Below are positions 20,301 to 29,954 of a stretch of 64,000 nucleotides of DNA, piece after piece. The notes below the pieces were generated by a model. The model searched no databases and had not been told where the DNA came from. It was given only the letters and a program-made list of their open reading frames with translations. A program made the position numbers and the translations under genes. The first letter of the stretch is position 1, and every line of letters begins with the position of its first letter. Source of the DNA: an uncultured Verrucomicrobiae bacterium (GTDB taxonomy: Bacteria; Verrucomicrobiota; Verrucomicrobiia; Chthoniobacterales; Chthoniobacteraceae). The DNA lies in NCBI GenBank assembly GCA_963769025.1, contig CAVYKI010000003.1, positions 416,001 through 480,000 on the forward strand, in the 5' to 3' direction.

Positions 20301-21658
20301 ATGACCCGCAAACTGATCCTCGCAGCGCTGCTCACCGCGGGCACGCTCCACGGCGCAATCAAGAAAGCCGCCCAGCAAAAGCCCGCCGCCGCCGCCGGCT
20401 GCAGCGGAATCGCAGGCCGCAGACGAAGCTGACCGGCTCCTCGGTGAACTGCGGAATCGCGCGCAGAAAAACGGCGGGAAACTGAAGATCGAGCAAAAGG
20501 AACTCATGGACCTCCTGCGCGGAGTCCTGGAAAAACAAGGCGTGTCCGCGGACGAACTCCGCAAGGCCGGATTCACCGAGCTGATGCGGATGATGCAGGA
20601 AAGAAATCCCGATGCCCTCAAGGGTCTCGGATTCGGCACGGCGCCGGGATTTTCCAAGGATATCGAGAAACGGCTGAACGAGCACTTCTACGAACTCCTC
20701 GACGGGCACCGCCCGGGAACCCTCGGCGCGGCTCATGCGACCTTTGCGTTGCGCGACAAAAAGAAGCCGGCCGACCCGCTGGCCTTCGCGACCGCGGTGC
20801 GGGCCGACGGCTGGCTCGTCACCAAGGCGAGCGAGGTGGGCAGCGGCGATATCCAGTGCGAGATCAAAGGCTCGTGGGTCGCGGCGAAAGTCGTGCGCAC
20901 TTGGCCGGAGCACGATCTCGCGCTTTTGAAAACCGCCGCGAAAGAAATCCCCGTGGTGAAATGGTCCGAGCGCGGCGCGCTGGAGGTCGGCACATTCATC
21001 AGCGCCGTGGCTCCCGATGGCCGCGAGCCGGTGGCCATCGGCATCGTGAGCGTCCCGGTCCGCAACGAGCAGACGAAAGGGCGCGGCTTCCTCGGCGTCT
21101 CGCTGACGAGCGACGAGCGCGGGCTGAAGATCCGCGAGATCGTCCCCGGCGGCCCGGCGAAAGCATCCGGACTGCTGGCGGAGGATCGCATCCTCGAACT
21201 CGACGGGAAAAAGCCGGACTCGGTCTTCAATTTCACCAAGCTCGTCTCCGACCGGAAAGCCGGCGACAAGGTGCGCCTGAAGCTCCAGCGCGGCGAGGCG
21301 GTCATGGAAAAGGAGATCGCCCTCGGCGACCGCGGATCGCTCCCCGGCGCGGGAAGGCCCGGCCTCGACCGGATGAACAATATGGGCAGCACGATCAGCA
21401 AACGGCGGACGGATTTTGCGTCGGTCATGCAGACGGATCTTCCGCTGCAGGCGACGCAGTGCGGCGGCCCGGTGACGGACCTCGATGGCGATGTGATCGG
21501 CGTCGTCATCGCGCGTTCCGGCCGCGTCGATACGATGGTGCCTCCCGAGTGAAACGATCCGGCAGTTGCTCGCAGACGTCGATTTTTCCAAGGAGGAAAA
21601 ACCCACGGCGCCCACACCGGCAGCCCCCAAGGCCGCGGAACCCGCGGCCGCGAAGTAG
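20301..21658 (+). CDS. Degenerate trypsin-like protein with internal PDZ (two frameshifts)
   Basis: TKASE in place of TAxH, HDLALLK, GFLGV PDZ, QCGGP in place of DSGGP. Confidence 0.75.
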
Positions 21659-21717
21659 CACGGCATCCCGCCCATCGCCGCCTTGCGTGAGCCGAGGCGC
21701 TGGCACACGCTGCCGAC

Positions 21718-22476
21718 ATGTCTTGGAAAACACTCCGCCCGGAATGGGGACTCGTGCTGGGCTCGGGGCTGGGAGGGTTTGTCGAAAGGATCGCGGTTTC
21801 GGAAACCGTGCCGTTCTCGGAAATCGCCGGGCTTCCGCAATCCCGCGTGGCAGGACATGCGGGCGAATTTGTGTTCGGCACACTCGGCGGCGTGCCAGTG
21901 GTCGCCGCACGTGGGCGCGTGCATCTTTACGAGGGCCGGAGCGCCGCGGAGGTGACGGCGCACGTGCGCTGGATGGCCGAGCGTGGCATCCGGCGGCTCG
22001 TGCTCACGAACGCAGCAGGAACGTGCAACGCGGCGTTTGCGCCCGGCGGATGGATGATGCTCTCCGATCACCTCAACCTCACCGGGACTTCGCCGCTGCT
22101 CGGCGGGCCGAATTTTTTCGACATGAGCGAAGTGTACTCCAAGCGACTCCGAGCACATTTTGCCGGAACCGCGAAAGCGGCTGACATCACGTTGCACGAG
22201 GGCGTTTATGCCGGCCTGCTCGGCCCGCAATACGAGACTCCCGCGGAGGTCCGCATGTTGCAAAAACTCGGCGCAGACGCCGTCGGCATGAGCACGGTGC
22301 TCGAAGCGATCCAGGCGCGCGCACTCGGACTCGAGGTCACGGGATTTTCATGTCTGACCAACTGGGCCGCCGGCCTGCACGCTGCACCGCTCGCGCACGC
22401 CGAGGTCATCGAGACCGGCGGGCGCGCCGCATCGAGCCTCGCGGACCTGCTGGCGCGGGCGATTCCTGCGCTGTAA
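21718..22476 (+). CDS. punA: Purine-nucleoside phosphorylase (trimeric type)
   Basis: LGSGLG, GHAG, GRVHLYEG, TNAAG, GPQYETPAE, GMSTV. Confidence 0.92.
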   Translation: MSWKTLRPEWGLVLGSGLGGFVERIAVSETVPFSEIAGLPQSRVAGHAGEFVFGTLGGVPVVAARGRVHLYEGRSAAEVTAHVRWMAERGIRRLVLTNAAGTCNAAFAPGGWMMLSDHLNLTGTSPLLGGPNFFDMSEVYSKRLRAHFAGTAKAADITLHEGVYAGLLGPQYETPAEVRMLQKLGADAVGMSTVLEAIQARALGLEVTGFSCLTNWAAGLHAAPLAHAEVIETGGRAASSLADLLARAIPAL

Positions 22477-22539
22477 GGCGCGCCCCGAGACATTCCAGTT
22501 GCGCCGTGAGGATCGTTTGCCGAAGATGCGCGCCGATTC

Positions 22540-22627
22540 GGAGGGGTGGCAGAGTGGTCGATTGCATCGGTCTTGAAAACCGACAGGCCGCAAGGTCTCG
22601 CGGGTTCGAATCCCGCCCCCTCCGCCA
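22540..22627 (+). tRNA. tRNA-Ser (anticodon UGA)
   Basis: Acceptor GGAGGGG/CCCCTCC, G discriminator, encoded CCA; anticodon arm TCGGT-CTTGAAA-ACCGA; long variable arm; GGTTCGAATCC T-arm. Confidence 0.97.
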
Positions 22628-22831
22628 TCAGGCGCGGATAATCGAGGCGGGGCGATATCAGGGACGTTCGACAGTCCCGTGAACAAGGATACGACCGCAC
22701 GGCGAGGACGTGGCGATGAATGCATAGAAAGTCATCTTCCATGAATTCGATTCTTCACGATGTCTCCCCTGCCACCGCACGGCACGCGCAGAAATGGATT
22801 CCGTCACCCATTTTAAACCAACCCTGACCCT

Positions 22832-23371
22832 ATGGATCCACTGCGCATGAAATCCTGGTCGCCCTATGTGGTGGGCGTGGGAATCGGTGTGCTGAGCTGG
22901 TTCGCCTTCGCGTCGGCGGATCATCCCATCGGTATCACCACGGCTTTCGAAAACACTGCGGCGCTTTCCGAAAACGCCATGGCCCCGAGCGTCGCGGCGC
23001 CATTGATGGAGAAGAAGGCAGCGGAGGGTAAGTCTCCGAAGATCGACTGGGAATGGATGCTCGTGATCGGCGTCTTCATCGGCGCCTGGCTCAGCGCGAC
23101 CATGGGGAATGATCGCGAGCCGCGGAAAGTGCCGCCCCTCTGGAACTGGCGATTCGGGCCAAACGTGGCGAAGCGTTTTGCCGCCGCGTTTTTCGGCGGC
23201 GCGCTGATGATGTTCGGAGCCCGGTTGGGGCAAGGTTGCACGAGCGGCCATGGGATCAGCGGCGCGCTGCAACTGGCCCTTTCAAGCTGGATCTTCGCAG
23301 CGCTCATCTTTGCCGGGGGAGTTGCCACTGCCTTCGCGCTCTATGGAAAGGAGGGTCGCAGCCATGTTTGA
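22832..23371 (+). CDS. YeeE/YedE sulfur-transport family, half-size subunit A1
   Basis: WSPY, FGARLGQGCTSGHGISG. Confidence 0.88.
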   Translation: MDPLRMKSWSPYVVGVGIGVLSWFAFASADHPIGITTAFENTAALSENAMAPSVAAPLMEKKAAEGKSPKIDWEWMLVIGVFIGAWLSATMGNDREPRKVPPLWNWRFGPNVAKRFAAAFFGGALMMFGARLGQGCTSGHGISGALQLALSSWIFAALIFAGGVATAFALYGKEGRSHV

Positions 23372-23924
23372 AGAACCACTCAAACTCGTGCTCGGTCTCA
23401 TCACCGGCATTCTTTTCGGCTTCCTCCTGCAGAAGGGGCGCGTCGCGAAATTCCGCGTCATCATCGGCCAGTTCCTCCTCAAGGATTGGACCGTGGTGAA
23501 GATCATGCTCACGGCAGTGGCGGTCGGCGCGGTGGGTGTATGGGCGATGGTGCAAATGGGCTGGACCACTCTGCACATCAAGCCGGCGGCGTTCGCTCCG
23601 GTGATCATCGGCGGGGTGCTTTTCGGCATCGGGATGGCGCTCTTTGGCTATTGTCCCGGCACCAGCGTCGCAGCCTGTGGGGAAGGGCGTCGCGATGCGA
23701 TGGTCGGTGTCCTTGGGATGGTCGCGGGAGCATTCGCCTACGTCGCGGCATTTCCGGCGCTGCAAACGCTGACGAAGGCGTGGGGCGATTGGGGCAAGGT
23801 CACGCTGCCGCAGGTCACCGGCATTTCTCCGTGGATCTACGTGGGCGCGATCGTCCTCGCCACCGTCCTCACGCGCCTCTTCTCCCGCCGCTCACATCCG
23901 CAATCCCCATCCATTCACCCCTGA
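23364..23924 (+). CDS. YeeE/YedE sulfur-transport family, half-size subunit B1
   Basis: FGFLLQKG, GGVLFGIGMALFGYCPGT; RBS AAGGAGG; overlaps upstream stop. Confidence 0.88.
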   Translation: MFEEPLKLVLGLITGILFGFLLQKGRVAKFRVIIGQFLLKDWTVVKIMLTAVAVGAVGVWAMVQMGWTTLHIKPAAFAPVIIGGVLFGIGMALFGYCPGTSVAACGEGRRDAMVGVLGMVAGAFAYVAAFPALQTLTKAWGDWGKVTLPQVTGISPWIYVGAIVLATVLTRLFSRRSHPQSPSIHP

Positions 23925-23936
23925 CCCAGACCTCCC

Positions 23937-25340
23937 ATGGCTCTCATCTTTGAAACCATCCAAACCGAAGGCATCGCTGAACTTTCCTACCTGCTCGGCG
24001 ACGACAGCAGCGGCGTCGCAGCGGTTTTCGACCCGACGCCGGACGTGGAGAAGTACGTCGAACTGGCGCGTGAAAAGAAGGTCTCGATCACGCACATTTT
24101 CGAGACGCACATCCACGCCGATCTGGTCAGCGGGTCGCGCGAACTGTGTGACCGGGTGCAATCCGCGAAGGTGTTTGTCAGCCATGAGGAGGATGCGAAG
24201 TATGGATTCGATCACGAGAAGCTGAAGGACGGCGATCAGTTCACTTTTGGAGAGACACTTGTGACCGTGCGCCACACGCCGGGTCACACGCCGGAGCACG
24301 TGAGCTACGTCCTCGCGGAAAAGAAACACGCCGACACGCCGTGGGGCGTGCTCACGGGCGACTCGCTTTTCGTGAACTCCGCCGGCCGGCCCGATCTGCT
24401 CGGCTCGGGCGAAACCGACGAGCTGACGAAGAAGCTCTTTCACACGCTCCGTGACTATTTTCTGACGCTGCCGGACAGCGTGATGATCTTTCCCGCGCAC
24501 GGTCACGGTTCCCCGTGCGGGGCAGATATTGGCGACCGCCTGCAAAGCACGATCGGCTACGAACGGAAGTTCAATCCGTATCTCCAGATTCCGGATTTCG
24601 AGGCGTTCAAAAAGCACGCGCTCGATAGCGCGCCGCCGGTGCCGACCTACTACCCGCGGATGAAAAAAATCAACGCCAAAGGACCGGAAATCCTTGGCAA
24701 TCTGCCGCGCGTCCCCGCCCTTCCGCCGAAGACCTTCAAGGAAGCGATCGAGAAAAAGGAAGGCGTGCTGGTCGATACGCGGATGATGCTCGCCTTCGGC
24801 GGCGGCCACATCAAAGGCGCACTCAGCATCGGCGGGACACCGATGGCGTCGATCTGGGCGGGTTGGCTGCTGGAGCCCGACGAGCCCATCCTCCTCGTCA
24901 TCGATCACGACAGCGAGATCGACGACATCGTGAAGCTGTTCCTACGCACGGGTTACACGCAGTTCGCAGGCTATCTCGCGGGCGGGATGAAGGCTTGGGA
25001 CAATGCGGGATTCGAGCTGGAGGAGGTCGGCCAAATGACGGTGCACGAGGTAAAGGACGCCGGCTCGCGGTTGCAGATCGTCGACGTGCGGTCGCCATCC
25101 GAATGGGAGAGCGGGCACATCCCGGGCGCGCACTACCTGTTTCTTCCCGAGCTTCGCAAAAAAATCGGGAAACTGGATCCGAGCAGACCGACCGCCGTCT
25201 ATTGCGACAGCGGCTACCGCGCGAGCATCGGGACGAGCATCCTCAAGCAGGAAGGCTTCCAGTGCGTCTGCAACATCCCCGGGAGTTGGCAGGCATGGAA
25301 GAAGGCGAAGTATCCCATCGAAGGAGGGAACGGGAAATGA
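23937..25340 (+). CDS. CstB-like persulfide dioxygenase-rhodanese fusion (MBL plus two rhodanese domains)
   Basis: THIHADLVSG, TPGHTPEH, TGDSLF, HGHGSPCG, C-terminal rhodanese YCDSGYR. Confidence 0.88.
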   Translation: MALIFETIQTEGIAELSYLLGDDSSGVAAVFDPTPDVEKYVELAREKKVSITHIFETHIHADLVSGSRELCDRVQSAKVFVSHEEDAKYGFDHEKLKDGDQFTFGETLVTVRHTPGHTPEHVSYVLAEKKHADTPWGVLTGDSLFVNSAGRPDLLGSGETDELTKKLFHTLRDYFLTLPDSVMIFPAHGHGSPCGADIGDRLQSTIGYERKFNPYLQIPDFEAFKKHALDSAPPVPTYYPRMKKINAKGPEILGNLPRVPALPPKTFKEAIEKKEGVLVDTRMMLAFGGGHIKGALSIGGTPMASIWAGWLLEPDEPILLVIDHDSEIDDIVKLFLRTGYTQFAGYLAGGMKAWDNAGFELEEVGQMTVHEVKDAGSRLQIVDVRSPSEWESGHIPGAHYLFLPELRKKIGKLDPSRPTAVYCDSGYRASIGTSILKQEGFQCVCNIPGSWQAWKKAKYPIEGGNGK

Positions 25341-25927
25341 ACCGACTCGTTCCCGCCGCGCTTCTTGTGCTGCCGTCGTTGGCCGGAGCCGCCGACTTTG
25401 GAGTCGATGCCACGAATTACGACGGCCCGGCCTGGTCGCCCTACATCGTCGGCGCCGCCATCGGCGTCCTGTCGTGGCTCACGTTTTATTTTGCGGACAA
25501 AACCATCGGTGCTTCGTCGTTCTACGCCACGCTGGCTGGGTTCATCGGCAAAGCAGTCGCGCCGAAGCACACGAAGTCGCTGAATTACTACAAAGACAAC
25601 CCGCCTGTCATGGATTGGGGCTTCATCTTTGTGGTCTTCACCATCGTCGGCGCACTTGTCGCCGCGTGGACCGGGGGCGAGATCCGCAATGAATGGCTGC
25701 ACCCGATGTGGGTCGATAAGTTCGGCGAAAACAGCATGGTGCTGCGCGGCATCATCGGATTCGCGGGCGGGGTGCTGATGGCGTTCGGCGCGCGGCTCGC
25801 GGGCGGGTGCACGAGCGGTCACGGCATCTCCGGGACGCTCCAACTCAACGTCGGCTCCTGGCTCACAGTCGTCTGCATGTTCATCGCCGGCATTGCCACC
25901 GCGATGCTCCTTTATACTGCCCTATGA
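25337..25927 (+). CDS. YeeE/YedE half-size subunit A2
   Basis: WSPY, FGARLAGGCTSGHGISG; ATGA overlap. Confidence 0.88.
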   Translation: MNRLVPAALLVLPSLAGAADFGVDATNYDGPAWSPYIVGAAIGVLSWLTFYFADKTIGASSFYATLAGFIGKAVAPKHTKSLNYYKDNPPVMDWGFIFVVFTIVGALVAAWTGGEIRNEWLHPMWVDKFGENSMVLRGIIGFAGGVLMAFGARLAGGCTSGHGISGTLQLNVGSWLTVVCMFIAGIATAMLLYTAL

Positions 25928-26514
25928 TCGATCCCGGCAAAGTCGTGAAGGAATCCACCGAGCCGTCCGAGGAGGGACCGGGCGGCAAAAAGATCCTCAC
26001 TGCTGTTCTCTTCGGGCTCGCGTTTGGCTTCCTCCTACAGAAAGGCGGCGTGGCGAAATTCAATGTTCTGATCGGGCAACTGCTGCTGCAGGACTTCACC
26101 GTTGTGAAGATCATGGTGAGCGCTATCGTCGTCGGCATGGTCGGCATCTTCACGCTGAATCACTTTGCGAAAGTGAACCTGCACATCAAACCGACGCGCA
26201 TTGGCGCACAGATCATCGGCGGGCTGCTTTTCGGGGCCGGCTTCGCGCTGCTCGCGTACTGCCCCGGTACCGGCGCCGCCGCGCTCGGTCAGGGGAGCTG
26301 GGACGTGCTCTTTGGCTTCGCCGGCCTCATGGCGGGGTCCTACGTCTTCGCGGAAATGTCCGGCTGGCTGAAAAAGACCGTCGAGACATGGGGCGAAAAG
26401 GGAAAGGTCACGCTCCCCGACATCTTCCACTTGCCGCGCCTGCCGTTCGCCTGCGCGCTCGCCGTCCTGCTCAGCGTCGGCCTGTTTTTCCTCCAGCGCG
26501 TGTACCCGCGGTAA
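25924..26514 (+). CDS. YeeE/YedE half-size subunit B2
   Basis: FGFLLQKGG, GGLLFGAGFALLAYCPGT; ATGA overlap. Confidence 0.88.
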   Translation: MIDPGKVVKESTEPSEEGPGGKKILTAVLFGLAFGFLLQKGGVAKFNVLIGQLLLQDFTVVKIMVSAIVVGMVGIFTLNHFAKVNLHIKPTRIGAQIIGGLLFGAGFALLAYCPGTGAAALGQGSWDVLFGFAGLMAGSYVFAEMSGWLKKTVETWGEKGKVTLPDIFHLPRLPFACALAVLLSVGLFFLQRVYPR

Positions 26515-26626
26515 CCTGATTGCTCCCCATGCCCGGATTTCGATCCAAACAGCCAGTCTCGGAAACGACGGCCGCTCGGGGGATCGCGCGCGTCGAAGCT
26601 GTCGCCGGGGAACTGGAGGCCTTCCT

Positions 26627-27724
26627 GTGAATGCGGCGGAGGACGGCGGTGGGACGTGTCGTGAATTTGGCGGGATGATCGTTCGGGAAAAGAACCCGGT
26701 GAATCTCGAAATGCCGTTCGGGTTCCTCGATTCGTTCATCACGCCGGTGGATCGGTTTTATGTGCGCTGCCATTTTCCAATCCCGACGATCGATGCGCAG
26801 CTCTGGCGACTGAGGATCGAAGGAGAGGTAGACAAGGCGTTGGAACTGACTCTCGAGGACCTCCGCGCCATGGAAGCACGGACTATCACGACCTTCATGG
26901 AGTGCGCGGGCAATGGTCGCGCCTTCCTCGAACCGCAGCGAGCCGGCGCCCAGTGGGAAGGCGGAGCGGTGGGAAACGCCCGCTGGACCGGCGTGCCGCT
27001 CGCGGCCGTCCTGGACCGCGCGGGGCTGAAGAATTCGGCCTGCGAGATCATTCTGGAAGGCGCAGATGAGGGCCGGATAAAGGAGCCGCCGCGGCCTGCG
27101 GGAAAGATCCACTATTCGCGCAGCCTCCCGATCGCGAAGGCGAATGAGGACGTGCTGCTCGCTTATGAGATGAATGGCGAAGCGTTGACCGCGGCGCATG
27201 GCTTTCCGCTGCGCGCAATCGTGCCGGGCTGGTATGGCATGGCGGCGGTGAAGTGGCTCACACAGATCGTCGTCACGAACCAGTGCTACAACGGCTACTT
27301 TCAATCGATCGACTACGCCTACTGGGAACGGGGCTCGAGCGCGCCGTCGCTCGTGCCGATCACAAGCGCGAGGGTGAAGTCGCAGATCGCCCGGCCCGAA
27401 TTTGCGGAGACGGTGCCTGCGGGCAAAACGTATCGCGTGCACGGCGCGGCGTGGACGAGCGATGCGGAGATCGTGCGTGTGGAAGTCAGCACCGACAAAG
27501 GAGAGAGCTGGAGCGATGCCCGCCTGCTGGGTGGCTCGGTGCGGAATGCTTGGCGGCTTTGGGATTACGAATGGGCCGTGCCTGCGATTCCTGGTCGGAC
27601 CGTGCTGCTGTCCCGCGCCACGGATTCCGAGGGCCGCACCCAACCCCCGGAACATCACGACGACCGCGGCAGCTACATCATTCATCACTGGCTGCCGATC
27701 GATGTCACCATCCGGTCGACCTGA
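26627..27724 (+). CDS. Sulfite oxidase family molybdoenzyme, no export signal
   Basis: NLEMP, FYVRCH, MECAGNGR (Mo-Cys), HGFPLR..PGWYG..VKWL; start uncertain (26627 or 26675). Confidence 0.9.
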   Translation: MNAAEDGGGTCREFGGMIVREKNPVNLEMPFGFLDSFITPVDRFYVRCHFPIPTIDAQLWRLRIEGEVDKALELTLEDLRAMEARTITTFMECAGNGRAFLEPQRAGAQWEGGAVGNARWTGVPLAAVLDRAGLKNSACEIILEGADEGRIKEPPRPAGKIHYSRSLPIAKANEDVLLAYEMNGEALTAAHGFPLRAIVPGWYGMAAVKWLTQIVVTNQCYNGYFQSIDYAYWERGSSAPSLVPITSARVKSQIARPEFAETVPAGKTYRVHGAAWTSDAEIVRVEVSTDKGESWSDARLLGGSVRNAWRLWDYEWAVPAIPGRTVLLSRATDSEGRTQPPEHHDDRGSYIIHHWLPIDVTIRST

Positions 27725-27894
27725 AATGCCGTCTCCAGCGGTTGGCTGCCGCCATTCTACCCGAACCGGTGCGGGCTCGGGGCCTTGAATTTGGATATCG
27801 CCATCGGGCTCGGTTTGAATGTAATGTGCATGTTCATTTCAATTCCAAAGATGTTCATCGCGCTCCCGAACATGCCGTCATTGCGATCCAAACT

Positions 27895-28350
27895 ATGAAT
27901 CCGCCGCTGAAGCCCATCACGATCCTCATGGCCGACGACGATCCGGGCGACCGGGTTCTGACTGCAGAGGCTCTCAAGGATGCGAGGCTCATCAACGACC
28001 TCCGGTTCGTCGAGAACGGAGAGGAGCTGATGGATTACCTGCGTGCGCGCGGAAAATTCGCGCCGCCCGCACAGGCTCCGCGCCCCGGCCTCATTCTTCT
28101 CGACCTGAATATGCCGCGCAAAGATGGCCGGACCGTGCTGAAGGAATTGAAAGACGATCCCGACCTTCGCAACATCCCGGTGGCCGTGCTGACGACGTCC
28201 GAGGACGATGCGGATGTTTACCGGAGCTACGACCTCGGCGTGAACAGCTACATCGTGAAGCCCGTCACCTTTGGCGCGCTCGTGGATACGCTCCAGACTC
28301 TGGAAAAGCACTGCTTCCAGATTGTCGAATTGCCAGCCGGAACCTCGTAA
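27895..28350 (+). CDS. Single-domain response regulator (Rcp1-like)
   Basis: ADDD, LILLDLNMPRKDG, LTTS, NSYIVKP. Confidence 0.88.
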   Translation: MNPPLKPITILMADDDPGDRVLTAEALKDARLINDLRFVENGEELMDYLRARGKFAPPAQAPRPGLILLDLNMPRKDGRTVLKELKDDPDLRNIPVAVLTTSEDDADVYRSYDLGVNSYIVKPVTFGALVDTLQTLEKHCFQIVELPAGTS

Positions 28351-28411
28351 CCGCGGGCGCTCGGAATCGCCCGGACGGATGCGCGAGAATCGTCACGGGC
28401 CTGCAAAAACG

Positions 28412-28435
28412 ACTTTGTGAAAAATTTCACAAAGT
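28412..28435. promoter_or_regulatory. Rex-type operator upstream of atp operon
   Basis: ACT-TTGTGAA-AAAT-TTCACAA-AGT, exact match to TTGTGAANNNNTTCACAA. Confidence 0.75.
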
Positions 28436-28570
28436 ACTTGCCTCCCCTCAACCAACCGCGTTTTCTCCCGGCAACATTCGCCCTGTCTGCGGCTCGCCAC
28501 CGCGCCCGTTTGCGTCTCCCCGACTTGCAAATTGCGGCGCTGGAACGACCCGGCACGGGAGCCATTGCCA

Positions 28571-29599
28571 ATGAACTCATCAGCTTTCAGCACATTTGGA
28601 AAATCCGGCCGCCGACATGCCGCATGGCTCATCTTGACGCTGTGTGCGCTTCTGGCATTCGCGACCGCTCCAGCGCAAGGTGAGGAAAAGCACGCCGCAC
28701 CCGCCGGCACGATCAGCCATGCTGCGGAGCACGGAGGCGGACACCACGGCCTTCCGTCCGCGGCACCCACCTTCGGCGACCGCGCGAAGGGTGCCTGGGT
28801 GAACAACTCGATGATCGCGACGTGGATCGTCGCGGGACTCGTCATCCTTTTTGCGCAGATCGCCACGCGGCGGGTCCGCTCCGCAAAAGACGCCGCGAAC
28901 CACGTGCCGAACGGCGCGGAGAATGTGTGGGAGTTCCTCGTCGAGTCACTGCACAACTTCCTCACCGAAATCATCGGGCCGGCCTTGGCGAAAAAGACGT
29001 TCTGGTTCTTCGCCACGATTTTCATCCTCATCCTCGCGGTAAACTGGTTCGGTCTCGTGCCCGGCGTCGGCACGATCGGATGGGGAGTGCCGCCGGATCC
29101 CGCGGCGCCGCACTCCTTGCAACACGTCACCACTCCCCTACTGCGCGGCGGCATGGCGGACCTGAACATGACGGCCGCGATGGCGCTGGTGTTCTTCGCG
29201 TGCTGGGTCGTATGGGCGCTTCAGTTCAATGGCGTCGTCGGTTTCTTCAAGCATCTCTTCGGCGCCAAGGGCGGCACGAAGGGCCTCATGCTGGCCTTCC
29301 TCACGGTCATCTTCGTCATCGTCGGCCTCCTGGAAGTCATCTCGATTCTCTTCCGCCCGGTGTCGCTCAGCTTCCGTCTCTACGGGAATATTTTCGCCGG
29401 TGAGAATCTCCTCGAGTCCATGCAGCAGGTCGTCCCCGCGCTCGGCTGGCTGGTGCCGATTCCGTTCTATTTCATGGAACTGCTCGTCGGCCTCGTGCAG
29501 GCGCTCGTCTTCATGCTGCTCACGGCGGTCTTCACGCTGCTCATCTGCTCGCACGACGAGGAGCACGAACACGCCCACGGAGAAGCCGCGCACCACTGA
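28571..29599 (+). CDS. atpB: F0 ATP synthase subunit a
   Basis: NWFGLVPG, RPVSLSFRLYGNIFAGE, LVQALVFMLLT. Confidence 0.96.
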   Translation: MNSSAFSTFGKSGRRHAAWLILTLCALLAFATAPAQGEEKHAAPAGTISHAAEHGGGHHGLPSAAPTFGDRAKGAWVNNSMIATWIVAGLVILFAQIATRRVRSAKDAANHVPNGAENVWEFLVESLHNFLTEIIGPALAKKTFWFFATIFILILAVNWFGLVPGVGTIGWGVPPDPAAPHSLQHVTTPLLRGGMADLNMTAAMALVFFACWVVWALQFNGVVGFFKHLFGAKGGTKGLMLAFLTVIFVIVGLLEVISILFRPVSLSFRLYGNIFAGENLLESMQQVVPALGWLVPIPFYFMELLVGLVQALVFMLLTAVFTLLICSHDEEHEHAHGEAAHH

Positions 29600-29683
29600 C
29601 ACTTTCAACACTTTCGCCGATCGGACCGTCCATAGTGAGCGGGGGTCGGCGGGAAAACCAAAACCAAACAAGGAAAACCACAA

Positions 29684-29902
29684 ATGAGCATGTTCACCAT
29701 CCTCGCTGACCTCGGCAACGGCCTCCAAGGAGGCCTCGGAGCCCTCGGCGCCGCAATCGGCGTCGGACTCATCGGCATGAAGGCTTCGGAAGCAGTCGGG
29801 CGCAATCCCGGCGCGTCCACGAAGATCCTCGTGCAGTCGATCCTCAGCACCGCCTTCGCAGAAGGCATTGTGTTCTTCGCTCTCTTCCTCGGAAAGAGCT
29901 AG
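29684..29902 (+). CDS. atpE: F0 ATP synthase subunit c
   Basis: GAAIGVG, GRNP, FAEGI. Confidence 0.95.
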   Translation: MSMFTILADLGNGLQGGLGALGAAIGVGLIGMKASEAVGRNPGASTKILVQSILSTAFAEGIVFFALFLGKS

Positions 29903-29910
29903 TTCACCGC

Positions 29911-29954
29911 GGCGCGGGGCCGGTTCGCCGGTCCCGCGCCCGTTTTCCTTTTCC
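29911..29954 (+). terminator. Strong hairpin plus U-tract after atpE (intra-operon terminator or stabiliser)
   Basis: GGCGCGGGGCCGG-TTCG-CCGGTCCCGCGCC followed by CGTTTTCCTTTT. Confidence 0.7.

Noticed and set aside
22540..22627. Selenocysteine or suppressor tRNA
   Set aside because: Anticodon is UGA (reads UCA, Ser), not UCA; normal 7-bp acceptor stem
22715..22760. Third copy of the LysR box before the sulfur module
   Set aside because: ATGAAT/CAT words resemble it but spacing differs and there is no matching GG-N10-GC element
22628..28570. attR duplicate of the tRNA 3' end or an integrase
   Set aside because: No repeat of TTCGAATCCCGCCCCCTCCGCCA and no recombinase ORF found by eye
29684..29902. 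Na+-translocating or N-type ATPase
   Set aside because: Subunit c has E-G rather than the E-S/T Na+ signature; standard atpBEFHAGDC order
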